DNA from: a virus
Lineage: Duplodnaviria; Caudoviricetes
Strand: one strand, 5' to 3'
IMG/VR virus record: IMGVR_UViG_3300031606_000339
Location: 1-64,000 of that record
Length of the DNA: 64,000 nt
Part shown: one piece after another, positions 54,227-64,000 of the stretch
How the letters are laid out: every line of letters starts with the position of its first letter
Position numbering within the stretch: the first letter of the stretch is position 1
Made by a program: the position numbers and the translations under genes
Notes under the pieces: model-generated
The model's input: the letters and a program-made list of their open reading frames with translations, nothing else
The model's database searches: none
What the model was told of the DNA's origin: nothing

Positions 54227-55200
54227 AAGCAAATATAATAGGGTGCGGGCTAGCCGGGGTGACCTCAGCGATAACCTTAAGAGAAAAAGGTTATGATGTA
54301 GAAATTTTTGAGTCCCGCAATCACATCGGCGGAAACTGTTACGACGAAAAAATTAACGGCGTCACCGTTCATAAATATGGACCGCACGGATTCCACACAA
54401 ACAACGATCAAGTCTGGGATTTTCTAAATAGATATACTAAATTCAATAAGGTTTGCCTGAGGGTAAAAGCGAACACCAAAGAGGGCATAATACCCATACC
54501 GTTCAACAGGGAATCCGAAAAAATAATAGGAAAGAAGACTCCCGAAGAAATAATAGATCTGATTTTCAAAGACTATAGCGAAAAAATGTGGGGAGTTCCT
54601 TGGGAGAAGTTGCCGACAAGCATCACGTCCAGAGTGCCGAAGCTAAGAGACGATTTCAGTGCGTGTTTTCACACGGACAAGCACCAAGGCGTGCCGGAGA
54701 AAGGATACACTCATATGTTCCAAAACATGCTTAATGGAATTAAGGTAAACCTTGGCTGCGACACGAGCGAGTGGAGAAGGCGCGACTGCGACCTATTAAT
54801 CTACACGGGCAAGATAGATGAGTATTTTAACTACTGCTACGGGTGGCTAGAGTATCGCTCGCTATTAATACAATTAGAAACCGCGCCCAAAAGGAAAGAC
54901 ATTTTTCAGCTAAACGAATGCAACAAAAAAGACTCGACAAGAAGCGTGGACCACTCTCACTGGCACGAACAAGACGTCGAAGAAACCGTGATATCGAGAG
55001 AGTACCCACAAGAACACGACGAATCAAACACTCCCTTTTACCCAAAGCCTTTCGGAGACAACGTCTCCAGATATAAAAAATACAAAGAGCTTGCCAATCG
55101 AGAAAAACATACGATTTTTATCGGAAGGTTAGCGACCTATAAATACCTAGACATGGATGACGTGATAGCACAAGCCCTAACTAAACTTAAAAAAACATGA
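54223..55200 (+). CDS. glf: UDP-galactopyranose mutase
   Basis: IGGNCYD, HKYGPH.FHT, YS.K.WG and GRLATYKY.DMD. Confidence 0.93.
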   Translation: MKANIIGCGLAGVTSAITLREKGYDVEIFESRNHIGGNCYDEKINGVTVHKYGPHGFHTNNDQVWDFLNRYTKFNKVCLRVKANTKEGIIPIPFNRESEKIIGKKTPEEIIDLIFKDYSEKMWGVPWEKLPTSITSRVPKLRDDFSACFHTDKHQGVPEKGYTHMFQNMLNGIKVNLGCDTSEWRRRDCDLLIYTGKIDEYFNYCYGWLEYRSLLIQLETAPKRKDIFQLNECNKKDSTRSVDHSHWHEQDVEETVISREYPQEHDESNTPFYPKPFGDNVSRYKKYKELANREKHTIFIGRLATYKYLDMDDVIAQALTKLKKT

Positions 55201-56159
55201 CAAAAGATTCTACCATTTTTATCGCAGGAGCTAGGGGAATGGTTGGCTCAGCCATAGCAAGGGCTCTAAAAAAAGCTGGGCACAAAAATCTACTCACACC
55301 CAACAGGGAAGAGCTTGACCTAACGAGACAGCTAGACGTCGAAGACTTTTTTAAATCTAACAACATAGAGACAGTAATAGACTGCGCGGCAAAGGTCGGA
55401 GGAATACATTCCAACAATCTGTACAGAGCAGACTTTATATACAGCAATCTACAGATACAAAATAATGTAATCCATTCCGCCTATCAACATGGTGTAAAAA
55501 AATTGTTATTTTTAGGCAGTTCTTGCATATACCCTAAGTTTACTGATCAGCCAATTAAGGAGGAGTACCTGCTAAGAGCTCCCCTAGAATATACAAATGA
55601 GCCCTACTCCATAGCAAAGATTGCAGGCATTAAGATGTGCGAGTCATACTTCAAACAATATGGTTGTAATTTTTTATCCCTTATGCCGTGCAATCAATAT
55701 GGTCCGAACGACAATTTCCACCCTGAAAACTCCCATGTACTACCCGCGCTCTTAAGAAAGTTCCATGAGGCTTATGTATACAATTATAAAACCGTAAAGA
55801 TATGGGGAACAGGCAGGGCGAAAAGAGAATTCCTACACGTAGACGACTTAGCCTCTGCTTGCCTAACGGTATTAGATAAAGTAGAAGCGGAAGAGATGTA
55901 CGGAGAAGGAATATCCCATTTCAATGCGGGCTATGGAGAAGATATTTCTATAGCCGAACTAGCGGAGAGCATAAAAGAGACCACGAAATACAGCGGAGAC
56001 ATCGAATTTGAAATAGACAAGCCAGAAGGAACGCTTAGAAAAGTTATGGACATCTCTAGACTTAAAAAATATGGATGGGAGCCACAAATCCCCCTAAAAG
56101 AAGGCTTATCTTCAACCTATGAGTGGTTTAAGAACGCTAAGGAGGTGAGAAGCGTATGA
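55197..56159 (+). CDS. fcl: GDP-L-fucose synthase
   Basis: AGARGMVGSA, AAKVGGI, GSSCIYP, YSIAKIAG and REFLHVDD. Confidence 0.95.
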   Translation: MTKDSTIFIAGARGMVGSAIARALKKAGHKNLLTPNREELDLTRQLDVEDFFKSNNIETVIDCAAKVGGIHSNNLYRADFIYSNLQIQNNVIHSAYQHGVKKLLFLGSSCIYPKFTDQPIKEEYLLRAPLEYTNEPYSIAKIAGIKMCESYFKQYGCNFLSLMPCNQYGPNDNFHPENSHVLPALLRKFHEAYVYNYKTVKIWGTGRAKREFLHVDDLASACLTVLDKVEAEEMYGEGISHFNAGYGEDISIAELAESIKETTKYSGDIEFEIDKPEGTLRKVMDISRLKKYGWEPQIPLKEGLSSTYEWFKNAKEVRSV

Positions 56160-57247
56160 TAAATTCTAAAACCGTATTGGTAACAGGGGTGACAGGTCAA
56201 GACGGAGCAAACATGTGCGAGTTTCTTCTAAGAATGCCGGGGTACAAGGTCTACGGCATGGTCAGAAGGTCTTCAAATCCTAACTTTAGCAACTGCAAAG
56301 CCTTCATAAACCACAACAAGTTTCAGTTGGTGCACGGAGACCTAACAGACCCAACTAGCCTAGACAATTTAGTCAGAGAAATCCAACCTGACTTCTTTAT
56401 TAATTTCGCCGCGAACTCTTTCGTCGGATGCTCTTGGAACATGCCGCATCAAGTCTTCAACACCAACGCCTTGGGAGTAATAAACTGCTTGGAGGCGATT
56501 AGAAAGTTTAAGCCGCAATGTAGATTTTATAGCGCAGGTAGCAGCGAAGAATTCGGAGACGTAGACTATTTCCCGCAAGACATGAAGCACCCCATCAAAC
56601 CCCGAAGCCCATATGGGGCAGCCAAAGCAGCAGCAAGGCACATAGTAAAAGTTTACAGAGAGTCCTATGGCATGTACGCCGTACACGGCATACTGTTCAA
56701 TCATGAAGGAACCAAAAGGGGAGAAGAGTTTGTAACGAGAAAAATAACGAAAGGAGTAGCAAGGATTTACTGGGCTATAAAAAACAAAAAAGATTTTGAA
56801 TCTATTAAGCTAGGAAACCTAAACGCCAAAAGAGACTGGAGCGATTCAGAGGATTTCGTAGAGGGAATCTGGTTAATGATGAACCGAAACAAGCCGAAAG
56901 ATTTTTTGTTAGCCAGTGGAAAGACTCACACGATTGCAGACTTTGTTAATGCCGCGTTTATGTGCGCCAAGATAGAGGGAACGTGGCAAGAGCTCGGAGA
57001 AGGTGTGCTTGGAGAATACGTGCCCCTACCCAAATCCGCAAAACTTATCCACAAAGACAGCGGGAAACCGCTTGTCGAAATTGATGCCAAGTTTTTTAGA
57101 CCAGCAGAAATTAATTTATTACTAGGCGACCCAACGGAGGCAGTCTCAGAGCTAGGCTGGAGACCTAAAATTTCGTTTGACAAATTAGTTAAAAAAATGG
57201 TAGCATGGGATATCAATGAAGGGGAAGAAAAAACAGGTTCAACCTAA
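56156..57247 (+). CDS. gmd: GDP-mannose 4,6-dehydratase
   Basis: TGVTGQDG, PRSPYGAAK, LFNHE..RG..FVTRKI, RDW and RPAE. Confidence 0.93.
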   Translation: MINSKTVLVTGVTGQDGANMCEFLLRMPGYKVYGMVRRSSNPNFSNCKAFINHNKFQLVHGDLTDPTSLDNLVREIQPDFFINFAANSFVGCSWNMPHQVFNTNALGVINCLEAIRKFKPQCRFYSAGSSEEFGDVDYFPQDMKHPIKPRSPYGAAKAAARHIVKVYRESYGMYAVHGILFNHEGTKRGEEFVTRKITKGVARIYWAIKNKKDFESIKLGNLNAKRDWSDSEDFVEGIWLMMNRNKPKDFLLASGKTHTIADFVNAAFMCAKIEGTWQELGEGVLGEYVPLPKSAKLIHKDSGKPLVEIDAKFFRPAEINLLLGDPTEAVSELGWRPKISFDKLVKKMVAWDINEGEEKTGST

Positions 57248-57659
57248 GAGATTGATTTTTGACAAAAAGGGCAAGCCGCCCGTAGTTAAAAACAAATATC
57301 AATTAATGGTTTGGCAACTTTTAAAAATACCCGACGATTTATCAAGAAACGAATGGATGAGGGAAGTAAAAATAGGGAAGGATTTATTCGAAGAGTATCC
57401 CGACGAAAAGTTTTGGAGTCAACTAGATTTAGGTTTTTATTTAAATTCTTTAGCCTTTTTTAAAAGAAAAGAGGGCTCAGAAACCTTAAGAGAAGCGAGG
57501 TCAAAATACGTTGGCTTCCTAAATATAGACGTCCAGCCAAAAGAGAAAATTAAATTAGAGAAGAATAAGATAGGAAACGACACTGTAATACAGAAAAGGG
57601 GGAAAAACTTTAAAGATGTATTTGACTTCTTAAAAAATTATGGCCAAAAAACAAAATGA
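57216..57659 (+). CDS. Hypothetical protein
   Basis: ORF track. Confidence 0.6.
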   Translation: MKGKKKQVQPKRLIFDKKGKPPVVKNKYQLMVWQLLKIPDDLSRNEWMREVKIGKDLFEEYPDEKFWSQLDLGFYLNSLAFFKRKEGSETLREARSKYVGFLNIDVQPKEKIKLEKNKIGNDTVIQKRGKNFKDVFDFLKNYGQKTK

Positions 57660-58971
57660 AGTGAAGGTCTGTCTTTGGACCCACGTACAAGATGAGTCTG
57701 CGATCATAGAGAAAATGCTCGAGAGTTGCGCGGATTATATCGACTATTGGGTGCTGGTTGATAACGGCTCCAAAGACAACACTAAGGAACTTATCCAAAA
57801 CCTCTTTGATAAAAAGGGTATTCCCGGGAAACTCTACGATAGCGAGATCGGCTGGAAAGGGCACGGCATTAATAGACAGCATTCGTGGGACCTCCTGACT
57901 AAAACTGACCACGGGTGCGACTACATTTTAAGAGTAGATGCGGACGAGGGGATTCTCGTCGAAGACGACTTTGATTGGTCAATCATAAAGCAAAAAGAAG
58001 CTTGGCACATCACAATGAAGTCGGACAACCACTGCATAGCTAGAATGTGGATGTGGAAGTGGGGTCTCCCGTGGTTTTGGGCTGAAGACGTTGCCCATGA
58101 AACCATACATCTAAAGAAGCACCTTGACGCGGGAAAAGAAGAGACAAGAAGCCCAGACGTAGGAATGATGCCGCAGGACTTTGTGCACATACCTATGGGG
58201 GGAGGCAAAAGCTACGAAAACCCAATCAAATATATACAAGACGTTCTGAGGTTAGAAAATCAGATTTTTGAAAGACTACGCGACGGAAGCACGCTGGAAA
58301 AAGAAGCGTACCACCTTTATTATCTTTGTCAGTCTTTTAATTATGCGGGAATGGATTCAAATTCAGAATATCACTGTGACCTATTCCCGTATGGTCGCGA
58401 AAACGCCATAGAGTTTAACAAAAGGGGAATCTTTTACTGGACTAAGTACATGGAGAACTTCGGGGAAGACTGGTACGTCCTTAAAGAAAGGGGGTACCTT
58501 CACAAGTTCGCTGGAGACAAGCGGCTAGCGATTAAAGACTGGATTAAGTCTTACTCACTAAACCCCAAGAGATCCGAGTCCCTCTTCGAGGCTGTCCGGT
58601 CTCTTTTCGAAATCGGAGAGTATTCTATGGCAGCGAAGTTAGGGAAAAAATTATTAGACATCAAGTGCCCATACCCTGAAGACACTTACTTCGTTGAGTA
58701 TAATAAATACCACGATACCGGCTGGTGGGTTGGAGACTTGGTAGCGAGAAGCCTCCATAAGATAGGAATGGAAACCGAAGATAAGGCTCCAGTTAAAATG
58801 GCAGATAAGATAATTGAACAGCTTTTAAAAAGGAAGGAGATAGAAGAGGAGACGAGGGAAATGTTTTCTGATTACAGGGGGTTTTTTAAGTCTTTCCTAT
58901 TAAACGCAAACAAGGTCAGCGTTATCGCTTCTGAGCCGGAAAGGGAAAAGAAGGGCTCGACCGGTGTCTGA
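57640..58971 (+). CDS. GT2 glycosyltransferase with C-terminal TPR-like helices
   Basis: DNGS.D.T, VDADE and HE; helical repeats (P.R.E). Confidence 0.8.
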   Translation: MAKKQNEVKVCLWTHVQDESAIIEKMLESCADYIDYWVLVDNGSKDNTKELIQNLFDKKGIPGKLYDSEIGWKGHGINRQHSWDLLTKTDHGCDYILRVDADEGILVEDDFDWSIIKQKEAWHITMKSDNHCIARMWMWKWGLPWFWAEDVAHETIHLKKHLDAGKEETRSPDVGMMPQDFVHIPMGGGKSYENPIKYIQDVLRLENQIFERLRDGSTLEKEAYHLYYLCQSFNYAGMDSNSEYHCDLFPYGRENAIEFNKRGIFYWTKYMENFGEDWYVLKERGYLHKFAGDKRLAIKDWIKSYSLNPKRSESLFEAVRSLFEIGEYSMAAKLGKKLLDIKCPYPEDTYFVEYNKYHDTGWWVGDLVARSLHKIGMETEDKAPVKMADKIIEQLLKRKEIEEETREMFSDYRGFFKSFLLNANKVSVIASEPEREKKGSTGV

Positions 58972-59101
58972 AGATAAATTTCAATTAGTTTTAGAGTTAC
59001 TAAAACAACAAGCCGAGACTCTACAGTCAATAAAGTGGATGCTAGCTTCTATCGGAATAGCTATATTGTGGCAATGGATTCGTGGGGGAGATAAGAAATG
59101 A
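58964..59101 (+). CDS. Small membrane protein (45 aa, not in the ORF track)
   Basis: GTG start, C-terminal TM, ATGA overlap with the next gene. Confidence 0.5.
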   Translation: MSEDKFQLVLELLKQQAETLQSIKWMLASIGIAILWQWIRGGDKK

Positions 59102-59673
59102 GACTAGACCACATTGCCTACAGAGTAAATAACAGATATAAAACCGCCACCTTCTTCAGAGAGGCTTTCGGCTACGCTCTCGGAACCGAATTCCGAATTG
59201 AATTTGATGACGGTAGCGGGGCTGACTGCCTAGCGTTAGAGCCACCAGAGACAAGGCATCCAGATACAGACAGCTGGTCCTATAAGGCGTTGATGGGAAC
59301 ACATTTAGCGGGACCAGTAGACCCAGTATACAGCGTTCATTGCGAGTTTCATGCGCCTCCAGAAATTTTTGTGAGTGACGGGACAGAGGGCTCAATTGTC
59401 GGAGACTGGGTAAAAGAAAGGGGCAATGTAGGAGGAATACACCACATAGCCTACCAAGTAGAAGACGTGAAGACTGTTATGGACGAGTGGAAGAAAAAAA
59501 GGTATGCTGAATTTTACTCAGAGAAGCCAATCACTTGCGAAGACCCAAGCCTAACTCAGGTTTTCACAAAGCCCTCTGAGCTAACGGGAGTAATATATGA
59601 ATTTATTAATAGAGAAGGCGCGGGATTTTGTAAAGGCAGCGTTAAAGAGCTCATGGAAAGCACTAAAGGATAA
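59098..59673 (+). CDS. VOC-superfamily metalloenzyme (HPPD / 2-oxo-acid dioxygenase-like)
   Basis: LDHIAYRV, GIHHIAYQV, LTQVFT and YEFI.R...GF. Confidence 0.75.
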   Translation: MRLDHIAYRVNNRYKTATFFREAFGYALGTEFRIEFDDGSGADCLALEPPETRHPDTDSWSYKALMGTHLAGPVDPVYSVHCEFHAPPEIFVSDGTEGSIVGDWVKERGNVGGIHHIAYQVEDVKTVMDEWKKKRYAEFYSEKPITCEDPSLTQVFTKPSELTGVIYEFINREGAGFCKGSVKELMESTKG

Positions 59674-59680
59674 TAATGAT

Positions 59681-61219
59681 ATGAGAGACTTTGAAGGGAG
59701 AAATTACATAAACGGAGAATGGAGAGCTACTTCAGAAATGTACACTAAGATTAATCCTGCAACAGGAAAAGCTCAAGGAGCGTACCCGAATAGCGGACCG
59801 AGCGAAGTGAGTAAAGCTGTTCTCTCAGCAAGGAAAGCTTTTAAAAAATGGAGGAAAGTCAGCAGGTTCGTGCGTTCAGACTACATGAACAAAGTAGCTC
59901 AACTGATCGAAGAAAGAAAAGAAAAGCTAGCTAAGGTGATCTCGTTGGAGACCGGAAAAAACTACAACGAATCTATCGCAGAGGTTAACGAAGCCCTGCA
60001 CATGGCGCAATTTGCTTTTGGGTCTGGCCGCTATTCCCACGGGGAAGCGGTAGCCTCAGAGATAGAAGATAAAGATTCTTATATGCTTCGCAAGCCCAAA
60101 GGTGTAATAGCTATTGTAACGCCTTTTAATTTTCCGCTGGCAATTGGTATGTTTTGGAACGCAGCCCCAGCGCTAGTTGAAGGAAATACCATAGTAATTA
60201 AACCAAGTGAAGATGCTCCGATGTCAACTCAAATGGCTGTCCAAATTTATGCGGACGCTGGTATCCCACGCGGCGTCGTTAATTTGGTGCATGGCGACGG
60301 CGGTGCTGGCGATCTTTTGGTTCATGATGATGTCGATCATATTTGCTTTACTGGCAGTGCCGACGTCGGGCAACACATTCGTAAAGTGGCTGCAGAGTCT
60401 TGGCATAAAACTACCTCCTGTGAATTAGGGAGCAAGTCTGCCTGCATCATCTTTGACGACGTTGAATTTAAATTGGGCATGGAAGCAGCAGTGGCTAGCG
60501 CTTTTAAGTTGTCCGGACAACGCTGCGTTTCCTCTGGAAGAATGATTGTCCAAAGAACCATCTATGACCAGTTCGCCAAGGCGTTCGCAGAGGAAGCTTC
60601 CAAATTAAAAACAGGAAACCCACTCAGGTCTAATCTTGGCACCTCTGGTTGCCCCGACGGCATGGTTTGGGAAGAGCTTGTGCCGAATGAAGACATCTAT
60701 TATGGTCCAATCATTAACGAACAAGGTTTTAATAAGATAAAAAAATATAACGACATGGTTTTGTCAGACCCAAAAGCGGAAGTCCTATTGGAGCCAGAAT
60801 ATGAGACAGTAAACGATAAAGCTTTTTATTGCACTCCAACAGTCTACAAGTCTGAATGGAGAGGGCATGAAGCGCCCTACCTAAGAGAAGAAGTGTTTGG
60901 TCCTCACGTGGCCATCATACCCTTTGACACAATCGAAGACGCAATAAGAATATACAACGACACAGAGTATGGTCTCTCTGTTGGAGTGTTGACTAATGAC
61001 TTTAGGAAAGCCCGCATAATGAGGGACGAATGTGATGCCGGAATGATTTACTGGAACGGTGGCTCTATCGCGGCGGAATCTCACCTTGCTTTCGGGGGGG
61101 TGAAAAAATCCGGTAATGGCTTCCCAAGCGCAGCCAGAACATTCAGGGCAGTCACCCATGAAATAAGTTGGACAGTTAACCACGCAGACAAATTAACTTT
61201 TCCCCAAGGAATGAAATGA
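59681..61219 (+). CDS. Aldehyde dehydrogenase
   Basis: PFNFP, KPSE, FTGS, ELGSK, GQRC, EE.FGP and FGGVK.SG. Confidence 0.95.
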   Translation: MRDFEGRNYINGEWRATSEMYTKINPATGKAQGAYPNSGPSEVSKAVLSARKAFKKWRKVSRFVRSDYMNKVAQLIEERKEKLAKVISLETGKNYNESIAEVNEALHMAQFAFGSGRYSHGEAVASEIEDKDSYMLRKPKGVIAIVTPFNFPLAIGMFWNAAPALVEGNTIVIKPSEDAPMSTQMAVQIYADAGIPRGVVNLVHGDGGAGDLLVHDDVDHICFTGSADVGQHIRKVAAESWHKTTSCELGSKSACIIFDDVEFKLGMEAAVASAFKLSGQRCVSSGRMIVQRTIYDQFAKAFAEEASKLKTGNPLRSNLGTSGCPDGMVWEELVPNEDIYYGPIINEQGFNKIKKYNDMVLSDPKAEVLLEPEYETVNDKAFYCTPTVYKSEWRGHEAPYLREEVFGPHVAIIPFDTIEDAIRIYNDTEYGLSVGVLTNDFRKARIMRDECDAGMIYWNGGSIAAESHLAFGGVKKSGNGFPSAARTFRAVTHEISWTVNHADKLTFPQGMK

Positions 61220-61569
61220 GTTGGAAAGATTTAGCCCCAGACATATGCAGGCAGAGAATGGTTGTAGAAGGAACTTTGCACAACTCCTTCTCGCCCGAAG
61301 AAATGAAAACATTCTGTTGCGAAATATCAACAGTATTAGACATGACGCCTGTTTCCAAGCCTCAAATAGACCACGCAGAAGAATACGGATGGTGTTGCTT
61401 TATGCACTGGAAAGAGAGCGGCATGCACATCTACGGTTGGGACAACAGAGATCCAAAGTTTTTTTCAATTGATATTTATACATGTAAAAAATTTAAATGC
61501 TCGGAGGTAATTGGATATACCACAGAGTTCTTTGGAGACAACCTAGTTGAGCTAACTTGGAGGGAATAA
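61216..61569 (+). CDS. Pyruvoyl-dependent S-adenosylmethionine decarboxylase-like proenzyme
   Basis: ES cleavage site (WKESGMHIY.W) and IDIYTC. Confidence 0.75.
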   Translation: MSWKDLAPDICRQRMVVEGTLHNSFSPEEMKTFCCEISTVLDMTPVSKPQIDHAEEYGWCCFMHWKESGMHIYGWDNRDPKFFSIDIYTCKKFKCSEVIGYTTEFFGDNLVELTWRE

Positions 61570-61570
61570 A

Positions 61571-62662
61571 ATGAAAGCAGTAATTTATGGAGTAGGCAGA
61601 ATGGGTCAAGTAATTGGCTATGCAATGGACAAGTTCGGCTATGACATTATGGGCGTCGATGTTCATCGTGACGGCATAGATAATCTCCGAGACCTAGTTG
61701 GCAAAGACATATCTTTTTCTTTAAACCCTGCGGAGTTTGACTCCGTATTGCATTATGAGCCAGACGTAATTATATCGTCACTGCCTTATCATAAAACTGA
61801 AGCGGTAGCGAAATGGTGCATCGACAACAACATGCGGTACTGCGACCTAGGCGGAAGAGTAGACGTTTCCGCGAGCATTAATGAGTGGGGTAGACAGCGG
61901 GCAACTAAACCAATTTTTACAGACCTTGGCTTGGCTCCCGGCTGGGTTAATATACTTGCGGAGCAAGGAAGCAAAGAAATACACAGGGAAGTAAAAGAAG
62001 TCGAAATGATGGTGGGGGGCATTCCCGGCATACCCTCTAATCCGCCCTTGAACTACGCAGTGACTTGGTCTACGGACGGATTAATAAACGAGTACATTGA
62101 TGATTGTGAAGTCCTTTATCAAGGGGAAATTAAATCTGTGCCCGGAATGGATGGTCTAGAGACGGTCCATATAGATTTGATTGACGAAGACATGGAGGCA
62201 TTTTTTACTAGCGGGGGCGCAAGCCACACTCTTGAAAGCATGAAAGCGCGTGGGGTAGAAAATTGTTTTTATAAAACTATTAGGTGGCCGGGTCACTGCG
62301 AGGCAATTAAATTTTTAATTAAAACGTGCGATCTTTCTGAGGAGTGCTTGATGGAAGTGTTCAAAAAAGGCTGCGCCGATAACGGTGGAGACATTGTGCT
62401 TATCAGAGCCTTGGTAAAGTCTGATGAGGTTAGCTGGAAAAAAGAAAAAATTATTCCATGCGATCCAGCGACAGGCTTTAGCGCGATGCAAAGATCAACA
62501 GCATTCCCCATTTCTTCTATTGCAAAAATCATGGCAGAGGGTTACTTTGATAATCGAGTAACTCAAAACCGTGTCGGAGAGACAAAACTGCCTATAGTTT
62601 TAAATTATTCCGATATACCTTTCGATGAGTTTAACAAGAACCTAGAGACACTAGGCATTTAA
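61571..62662 (+). CDS. Saccharopine dehydrogenase family (lysine 6-dehydrogenase-like)
   Basis: YGVGRMG, DLGG, GLAPG, VGGIP...PPLNY, GL..EY, YKT.RWPGH and SAM.R.T. Confidence 0.85.
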   Translation: MKAVIYGVGRMGQVIGYAMDKFGYDIMGVDVHRDGIDNLRDLVGKDISFSLNPAEFDSVLHYEPDVIISSLPYHKTEAVAKWCIDNNMRYCDLGGRVDVSASINEWGRQRATKPIFTDLGLAPGWVNILAEQGSKEIHREVKEVEMMVGGIPGIPSNPPLNYAVTWSTDGLINEYIDDCEVLYQGEIKSVPGMDGLETVHIDLIDEDMEAFFTSGGASHTLESMKARGVENCFYKTIRWPGHCEAIKFLIKTCDLSEECLMEVFKKGCADNGGDIVLIRALVKSDEVSWKKEKIIPCDPATGFSAMQRSTAFPISSIAKIMAEGYFDNRVTQNRVGETKLPIVLNYSDIPFDEFNKNLETLGI

Positions 62663-62668
62663 TAAGGC

Positions 62669-63760
62669 ATGAAGAAAAAACCAGCCAATGACGCTCCTTC
62701 CCCCTTGGAGCAAATACAGGCGTATTTAAATCAGAATAAGGGAGACCATTTTAACTTTGAAGAAGAGCGCACCTACACTGTGTCAAGCGGCTCCCTGCTT
62801 CTAGACATTGAAATGGGAGGAGGGATAGGTCCGGGTATTATACGAGCCTCAGGAATCACTGAAGGAGGTAAAACTTCCTGCGCTTTAGCTTTCGCTAAGA
62901 ACTTTCAAAAAATGGACAACGCAATGGTTGTTTACGTGAAGTCTGAGGGCAGGCTTTCTAAAGACATGATAGCGCGGTCAGGAGTTAGCACTGAAGAGGA
63001 GAAATGGTTTGTCTATAAAAGCAATGTATACGAATCAGTAATTAGCTTAATGAGGGAGCTCGTAAAGAACAACCCCTCAAACACTAAATACATGTTCATT
63101 ATCGACTCCATGGACTCTCTTGTGCCAAAAAACGACTTGGACAAACCGCCAGAAGAAGCTAACAAAGTCGCTGGAGGAGCTCTATTAAGTACTGATTTTT
63201 TGAGAAAGATGGCTCTTGGTCTCACGATCCGTGGACACATTTGTTACATGGTGTCGCAGGTAAGAAGTAAGGTTTCGATAAACCCCTACGAAAGGACAGA
63301 CGCGAGAGTGACTAACGCTTCAGGAGGGAATGCCCTACTTCATTTTAGCGATTGGATTTTAGAGTTTCAACATCGACACCTAAAAGATGTAATTTCTACC
63401 GAAGCGAATGGTAAGGGCGACTTGCTGGGGCACTGGTGCAAGGTTGTATTCAGGAAAACCCCGAACGAAAAGACAGGGGCATTAGTTAGGTACCCAATAC
63501 GCTACCATAGACTCGATGGCAAAAGCATTTGGGTGGAATACGAGGTGGTAGACATGCTCCTAGCCTTTGACATGGCAAAAAAGGCTGGTGCATGGGTAAC
63601 GATTTCAGACGAACTAGTAGGAGAGGTAGAAAAAGAAACTAACCTCGAATTTAAAAAGCAACACCAAGGGATGGATAATTTAAGAAAATACTTTGAAGAA
63701 AACCCCATGATTGGTAAGTATTTGTTCAATAAATTTAGAGAAGTTCTTAAGAAATCTTGA
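62669..63760 (+). CDS. RecA/UvsX-like recombinase
   Basis: SGS..LD...GGG, Walker A G.TEGGKT, IIDS, SQVR and SGGNAL. Confidence 0.9.
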   Translation: MKKKPANDAPSPLEQIQAYLNQNKGDHFNFEEERTYTVSSGSLLLDIEMGGGIGPGIIRASGITEGGKTSCALAFAKNFQKMDNAMVVYVKSEGRLSKDMIARSGVSTEEEKWFVYKSNVYESVISLMRELVKNNPSNTKYMFIIDSMDSLVPKNDLDKPPEEANKVAGGALLSTDFLRKMALGLTIRGHICYMVSQVRSKVSINPYERTDARVTNASGGNALLHFSDWILEFQHRHLKDVISTEANGKGDLLGHWCKVVFRKTPNEKTGALVRYPIRYHRLDGKSIWVEYEVVDMLLAFDMAKKAGAWVTISDELVGEVEKETNLEFKKQHQGMDNLRKYFEENPMIGKYLFNKFREVLKKS

Positions 63761-63778
63761 TAAAGAACATGATTCCCT

Positions 63779-64000
63779 ATGAGGCTGTACAATATACACG
63801 GTAAACCCCAGAAGAGAAACGTATCCAAATTCGCCATTGATTGGGATAAGCCCTCTAGGTCTAAGATACAATATAAAGTAAAGCAATTTCTAAAGCCATT
63901 CTGGAAGGCGCAGATTATATATGAAGAGTTTCCGGTCTACGGCTCAAGGATGAAGGTAGACATCCTAAACGCAACGCGCAAAATAGCGATAGAAGTACAA
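63779..64000 (+). CDS. PD-(D/E)XK / DUF559-like endonuclease, truncated by the window edge
   Basis: Manual translation MRLYNIHGK...YEEFPVYGSRMKVDILNATRKIAIEVQ. Confidence 0.7.
   Translation, partial: MRLYNIHGKPQKRNVSKFAIDWDKPSRSKIQYKVKQFLKPFWKAQIIYEEFPVYGSRMKVDILNATRKIAIEVQ

Noticed and set aside
1-64000. Stop-codon reassignment, or a cellular chromosome origin
   Set aside because: The standard code gives full-length conserved enzymes ending in TAA, TAG and TGA. Dense small unknown ORFs, isolated bS21 and tRNAs and a divergent RecA-like gene fit a large phage, although no virion genes are in view to prove it.

Overview
This window looks like a 64 kb segment of a large lytic dsDNA phage. It is gene-dense, uses the standard genetic code and has no structural genes or polymerase in view. 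Genes lie almost entirely on the - strand up to about 30.65 kb and on the + strand after it, diverging at back-to-back sigma70-type promoters. Recognisable content includes nucleotide metabolism (guaC, dut, dCMP deaminase, dNMP kinase, nrdAB with a tyrosine-less class Ic-type beta subunit), a RecA/UvsX-like recombinase, bS21, tRNA-Leu(UAA) and tRNA-Arg(UCU). There is a very large glycan-synthesis and decoration complement (about 12 glycosyltransferases, gmd, fcl, glf, ugd, PMM-like HAD, sulfotransferase, APS-kinase-like protein, methyltransferases), amino-acid catabolic genes, and many envelope-directed proteins. Several proteins resemble PVC-superphylum (Verrucomicrobia-like) homologues; the host assignment is inference. 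The most unusual signal is a candidate RNA-guided system. A stand-alone, catalytically intact TnpB (35365-36633) has an omegaRNA-like scaffold UPSTREAM under its own promoter, with no room for one downstream. A separately promoted, ~400-nt highly structured ncRNA (about 31234-31641) displays two copies of a motif complementary to that scaffold, suggesting a split or trans-acting two-RNA TnpB system. The ORF track also missed a secreted N/Q/G/S-repeat protein at the left edge. A recurring AAGTGTAWWTA motif looks like a phage-specific promoter. All calls come from reading motifs by eye; no searches or folding were run.
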